From Macrostomum lignano (taxonomy: Eukaryota): a stretch of DNA of 39,559 nucleotides. The translations under genes and the position numbers were made by a program. The stretch is from the NCBI GenBank assembly GCA_002269645.1, contig NIVC01000033.1:1055067-1094625 (forward strand), given 5' to 3'. The notes under the pieces are model-generated. The model saw only the letters and a program-made list of their open reading frames with translations. It was not told the DNA's origin and did not search any database. Shown here one piece after another: positions 35,356-39,559 of the stretch (position 1 is its first letter; every line of letters begins with the position of its first letter).

Positions 35356-35866
35356 ATGAATAAAGCGGAGGCTTTCTCACCCGAAGGCCATCAGAAGGCG
35401 ATCGTCAACAGTCCATCTAAATCTTGGGTTTTCTGTCGAGTTATTTGCGTGGCCATAAGTTTCGTCCTGTTGCTATCCAGTTACTATGGCATCAAGTTCA
35501 TGCAGAGCTCCATCAACGCCCAGCAAGGCCTCGGCACGGCCAGCTTAGCCGTGGTGTACGCGTCCGTCCTGTTCTCATCCTTGGTCCTGGCCAATCCGCT
35601 GGTTGAGACAATCGGCCCAAAGCACTGCCTGTCCTTTGCTATGCTGGGCTACATGAGCTACATCGCCTTCAACGCTTATCCGTCATTCTACACACTGATT
35701 CCGGCTAGCATGATTGTTGGCCTGTGCTCTGCTCCGCTGTGGGCGAGCATGGCCAGGTATAACATGCAGCTAGCAAGCCTGTACTCAGCAGCAGCTGGCG
35801 GTGGCAAATCCTTGGCGGCATCCTCTGCGCTGGTGTTTGGACTGTTCTATGCGATATCTAACACGT
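35356..35866 (+). CDS. UNC93A: UNC93-like MFS membrane protein, exon 1
   Basis: QSSINAQQGLGTASLAVVY, YTLIPASMIVGLCSAPLW and FGLFYAIS match UNC-93 family motifs. Donor gtgaga at 35867 (phase 1). The symbol denotes the closest family, not proven orthology. Confidence 0.9.
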
Positions 35867-35957
35867 GTGAGACGCTTTCAATCCAATACTGTACCGTTTC
35901 ATCAGCTTTGGGACTGAGATTCAAATATGATTGTGCGACGACTGGGAAGATGGTAAA

Positions 35958-36215
35958 GATCTTGGAGAAAGGGCGACGATCATAGAGAGGACAGTGACAG
36001 AGAAAGGGCGACGATTTTCGAAGAGGGCGACGATTGGGGAGAGATTGACGATCTTGGGAAAGAGAAACGACCTTGGGAAAGAGCGATGATCTTGGAAGAG
36101 GGTGACGATCTTGGGAAAGAGAGACGATCTTGGAAGAGGGTGGCGATCTTGGGAGAGGGTGACGATCTTGGGAAAGAGAGACGATCTTGGGAAAGAGCGG
36201 CGACCTTGGGAGAGG
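35958..36215 (+). repeat. ~19-bp degenerate purine-rich minisatellite (gacgatcttgggaaagaga) in UNC93 intron 1
   Basis: Repeating acgatcttgg core; the ORF translation repeats every 19 aa (3 x 19 bp). Confidence 0.85.
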
Positions 36216-36277
36216 GCAGTGACTGGAAAGAAGGCGATGGTTCCTTGACGGTACAGTTCAAGAAACCTGATTTTCAG

Positions 36278-36444
36278 CCTACGTCTGGGGCAACTTAATC
36301 AGCTACTTGACTCTCCGAACTGAAAATCGACCAGTAAACGCATCGAGCGGATCAAATTCAAGTGCCGAACTCCGGTGCGGCAGCAGTTTCTGTCCGAGCG
36401 ACTTGGAATCGGGATCTCGTATTGTCAGGCCGACTGAAGAAAGG
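36278..36444 (+). CDS. UNC93A: UNC93-like exon 2 (absent from the ORF track)
   Basis: Acceptor ttttcag. Reads SYVWGNLISYLTLRTENRPVNASSGSNSSAELRCGSSFCPSDLESGSRIVRPTEER, with the WGNLIS and CGxxFC family motifs; donor gtaaat. Confidence 0.9.
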
Positions 36445-36536
36445 GTAAATAGTCCGTGATTGCAGTTCCCTACATTCCTACGAGCGTAGATTTCCAATGC
36501 ATTCCGTTGACTCATTCATTGCACAACCCATACCAG

Positions 36537-36626
36537 CTGCACATCATGGTCGGCTGTTTCCTCGCCAGCTCGGCAGCGGCTGCTCTAATCGTCACCTTCC
36601 TGGTCCCGTCTCTGGACAACATCGCC

Positions 36627-36672
<46 letters not shown>

Positions 36673-36827
36673 CCGGTACCTCGTCGCCAACCTTGCCCGC
36701 CTCGTCTGTGCGAGACAAGCTCAGTCGAACAGCCCGGCAGCTGGTCCGGCCTCATCAACTGCTGATGACGCCGCAGCTGATCAACGTCGGCCTCTCGCAG
36801 TCATTCGCGCAGGGAGAATTCACTCAG
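36537..36827 (+). CDS. UNC93A: UNC93-like exon 3, with a Q14 tract and a GC donor
   Basis: Acceptor taccag. Reads LHIMVGCFL...(CAG)14 at 36630-36671...GLSQSFAQGEFTQ, then gcaagt. Confidence 0.87.
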
Positions 36828-37129
36828 GCAAGTTGAGATGCTCAGTTTTACATAATATACATGATGCGGCTGGAATGCTGCCCAGCTTCAGGCCATAGCT
36901 TCAGAGCCCAAAATTTTGCAAAACGTGGCACAGAAAAATCTATATGACATAAATTTAGAAGCGTCACTAGTCCAGCGTCAGCTAGTTGAAATTGGTGTTA
37001 AGGAAAGGGTCATCGAAATAGTTCAGAGCTCCGCTTGATGCAGTTAAATAGACGCCATTAAGGCATGAGAAATCTACAGTGTCTACAGTGAGTTAGTTTA
37101 ACAAATTAGCCGTAAACCACAATCTGCAG

Positions 37130-37265
37130 GCCTTCGTAGCCTGCAGCCAAGGTGTAGCGTTTGTCGGCTTTGTGATGATGTGCTACGGCGGCAGTCAGAT
37201 TTTATCATCTCTGCTGTTTGGCAAACTGGCCGAGCTGACTAACAAGCAGGCCTGCGTGTACACCG
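37130..37265 (+). CDS. UNC93A: UNC93-like exon 4
   Basis: Acceptor ctgcag. Reads AFVACSQGVAFVGFVMMCYGGSQILSSLLFGKLAELTNKQACVYT, then donor gtgaga (phase 1). Confidence 0.9.
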
Positions 37266-37485
37266 GTGAGAGGCATTGGGGACTGTACTGCTGTTGTCGT
37301 GTATAATGAGTACAGGATTGTGGTGTAGTTGGATTAGGGGCGAAGCCTGGGGGCGCGTGTCTGGGGGCGCCAAAGTGGGGCGACAGTGAGAGGCGCCATG
37401 TACCATAGACACCAACTCGGGGGTGCCATCTAGGGGCGCCGCCTTGGGGCAACCATATTGGGTGCGCCGTCGGGCGGCATCTTTG

Positions 37486-38042
37486 AAGGGGCGCCAGCAC
37501 CAAGGGGCGCCAGCATCAAGGGGCGCCAGCATCAAGGGGCGCCAGCACCAAGGGGCGCCAGCACCAAGGGGCGCCAGAACCAAGGGGCGCCAGCACCAAG
37601 GGGCGCCAGAACCAAGGGGCGCCAGCACCAAAGGGCGCCAGCACCAAGGGGCGCCAGCACCAAGGGGCGCCAGCACCAAGGGGCGCCAGCACCAAGGGGC
37701 GCCAGCACCAAGGGGCGCCAGCACCAAGGGGCGCCAGCACCAAGGGGCGCCAGCACCAAGGGGCGCCAGCACCAAGGGGCGCCAGCACCAAGGGGCGCCA
37801 GCACCAAGGGGCGCCAGCACCAAGGGGCGCCAGCACCAAGGGGCGCCAGCACCAAGGGCGCCAGCACCAAGGGGCGCCAGAACCAAGGGGCGCCAGCACC
37901 AAGGGGCGCCAGCACCAAGGGGCGCCAGCACCAAGGGGCGCCAGCACCAAGGGGCGCCAGCACCAAGGGGCGCCAGCACCAAGGGGCGCCAGCACCAAGG
38001 GGCGCCAGCACCAAGGGGCGCCAGCACCAAGGGGCGCCAGCA
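37486..38042 (+). repeat. GC-rich 16-bp minisatellite (caaggggcgccagcac), ~35 copies, in UNC93 intron 4
   Basis: Near-perfect array with a few variants; degenerate ggggcgcc cores lie just upstream (37350-37480). Explains the six overlapping ORFs. Confidence 0.97.
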
Positions 38043-38420
38043 CACTTCATTTGCCAAAGCAAGCAGTATAACATAAGGTTTGGCTCAACCCTCCATTAAT
38101 AGCGTACAAAATTTGCACTTGCTGTAGTGACCTCACTAAACCGTCTGAAATGCACAGTTTGAGCAGATAGTGAGAGTGCAATGCTAAAAATACACGCAGT
38201 GGGCTGAATATCGTGGAATCTTTGCTCGGAAAATATTATAGCTAAAATTAAATATGGCTGCAGCGTCAGCCATAATGTCCCAATGTCTGCCTGCCCTTGG
38301 GCCACACCCTTCTAGAAGGTTTGTAGACAGCAAAAGAGCAGCAGAACCTGGCTGTCTAGTTGAAACAATTTCTTATCCTGAAGCTGAATAGATAACTTGA
38401 ATCCTCAAATCCCTATGAAG

Positions 38421-38552
38421 CAACAACTGCTCAGATTGCGCTAGACCTATTCCTGCTGTTCTGGACTATCGATGAGTCATCCGTTGGGCCGCTGTTTTTG
38501 ACCTCTATTGTCAGCGGAATGATCGATGCTGTTTGGAATTCTCAACTGCTGG
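38421..38552 (+). CDS. UNC93A: UNC93-like exon 5
   Basis: Reads TTAQIALDLFLLFWTIDESSVGPLFLTSIVSGMIDAVWNSQLL with the DAVW family motif; donor gtgagt. The phase-1 acceptor (gaag) is weak, so the 5' boundary is uncertain. Confidence 0.8.
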
Positions 38553-38596
38553 GTGAGTAAAGGCACTTAGGGACCGATCGACATGTACATGTAGGT

Positions 38597-38690
38597 CAGG
38601 GCTCGGCGAACTCCGGCCCGCGAAGCCTCTCTATCCGGCCCTCGGCCCTTTGGAACTTGAAACTTTGAAAATAGCAATCCGGCCCGCTCA
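38597..38690 (+). mobile_element. Truncated terminus of a hAT/Charlie-like DNA transposon
   Basis: cagggctcggcgaactccggcccgcg...atccggccc resembles hAT-Charlie termini as recalled (CAGGGGTCGGCAAACTACGGCCCGCGGGCCAAATCCGGCCC). Preceded by the 8-mer atgTAggt. No second end found. Confidence 0.45.
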
Positions 38691-38699
38691 AGGTTGGTG

Positions 38700-38790
38700 T
38701 CTCTTCTCAGCTGTCTTCTCTCTCCTTTCTTCTCTCTTTTCTCTCCTCTAGCTCGTACTCTCCTCTCTCCTCTCCTTTCATCTCGTCTCA
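38700..38790 (+). repeat. CT-rich low-complexity tract
   Basis: Almost only C and T for ~90 bp, in UNC93 intron 5. Confidence 0.75.
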
Positions 38791-39270
38791 GATCAATGAT
38801 AAAGATTCTTTATCTGGCCCTTAAAGTAAAAAGTTTGCCAACCTCTGGTGTAGATGCCTGTTGTCGCTTTGACCTACAATTCAGCAGAATGCAGGATTAA
38901 TGCAGTTGATTCAGTTGATTCTAATGCAGTATCTCTCTAGCGATATGTCCCTAGATGTACTAGATATCTGTCAGCTGAGATATCAAGGCTGACAGATCGG
39001 AAGCTAAATGTAGTTTATTCAATTTTTTATTGTATTCTTTGAACAATTTTACTCGAATAAGCTGATTTATTAACCTGAAATAGGAATGCTTTAAGAAGAT
39101 GTGCTTTCATTCGAAAAGATTCTCATAAATAATTTTCGTCTCAAATTGCTTGTTGGGCGCGCCCCGAACGGGAGCACTACAAGCGTAGATTGCTAGTCCA
39201 GTTCTAGAAATCAAGTAAGCATCTATCAATGTTAACAAACTTGTTTGCCTTTACAATTTTATCGCTGCAG

Positions 39271-39493
39271 CTCTGCAAGGCGAGCTGTTTCCGGAGGATC
39301 AAGTGGCCGCCTTCGCGTCCTACAAAGTGTGGGAATCCCTCGGCTACATTGTTGGATTTTCCTACAGCACGGCCGTGTGCACCAGGCACAAGGCTGCTGT
39401 GATGCTGGCCTGCTAGCCCTCAGCACCGCCTGCTTTACAGTGCACAATCTTACAAGAAGAAAACAAACAAAATTGCGACTTGAACCCAAGTGA
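39271..39493 (+). CDS. UNC93A: UNC93-like exon 6 (terminal), with an apparent 1-bp deletion at 39407-39408
   Basis: Acceptor ctgcag. LQGELFPEDQVAAFASYKVWESLGYIVGFSYST matches the family AAF..Y..WE.LG motif. As written it stops at TAG 39414-39416; one extra G gives MLGLLALSTACFTVHNLTRRKQTKLRLEPK* and a 486-aa protein. Confidence 0.85.
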
Positions 39494-39559
39494 TGTTTTA
39501 TTGGCAATTCAAATTGCAATATTCTACATGAAGATGTATTTCATAAACTATAATAAACG

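Noticed and set aside
37239-38099. Six long ORFs with GAP-containing, collagen-like or WCWRP repeats
   Set aside because: All are frames of one 16-bp minisatellite inside an intron defined by well-supported UNC93 exons; there is no continuous Gly-X-Y.

Overview
Eukaryotic (invertebrate animal) genomic DNA with spliceosomal GT-AG introns, tRNA-derived SINEs and many minisatellites. The style (long ATCT arrays, a different minisatellite in many introns, compact genes) would fit a flatworm such as Macrostomum, but that is inference only. Left to right: (1) a decayed, intronless minus-strand gene with a PC4/SUB1-like ssDNA-binding domain, probably a second divergent one, and a TATA/CCAAT promoter; (2) a G-rich 34-bp array and SINE copy 1; (3) a CLK/LAMMER kinase (minus) with an intronless kinase domain and a long Q/S-rich N-terminus; (4) a nested higher-order 23-28 bp satellite; (5) a ~1470-aa protein with about 18 zinc fingers (plus), three of which carry an unusual conserved C-terminal extension; (6) two ATCT arrays; (7) a secreted double C-type lectin with a 5x28-aa Ser/Thr/Pro/Glu tail (minus); (8) a 5-exon orphan gene of 282 aa (minus) not visible in the ORF track; (9) a head-to-head pair of DEG/ENaC channel paralogues with matching intron positions; (10) a 6-exon UNC93-like gene (plus) with a polyQ tract and a GC-AG intron. 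Three otherwise intact genes are broken at points where one added G or C restores the frame, which suggests systematic assembly indels rather than pseudogenisation. All exon models were built by hand from splice signals, phase and recalled family motifs; no database search was run.
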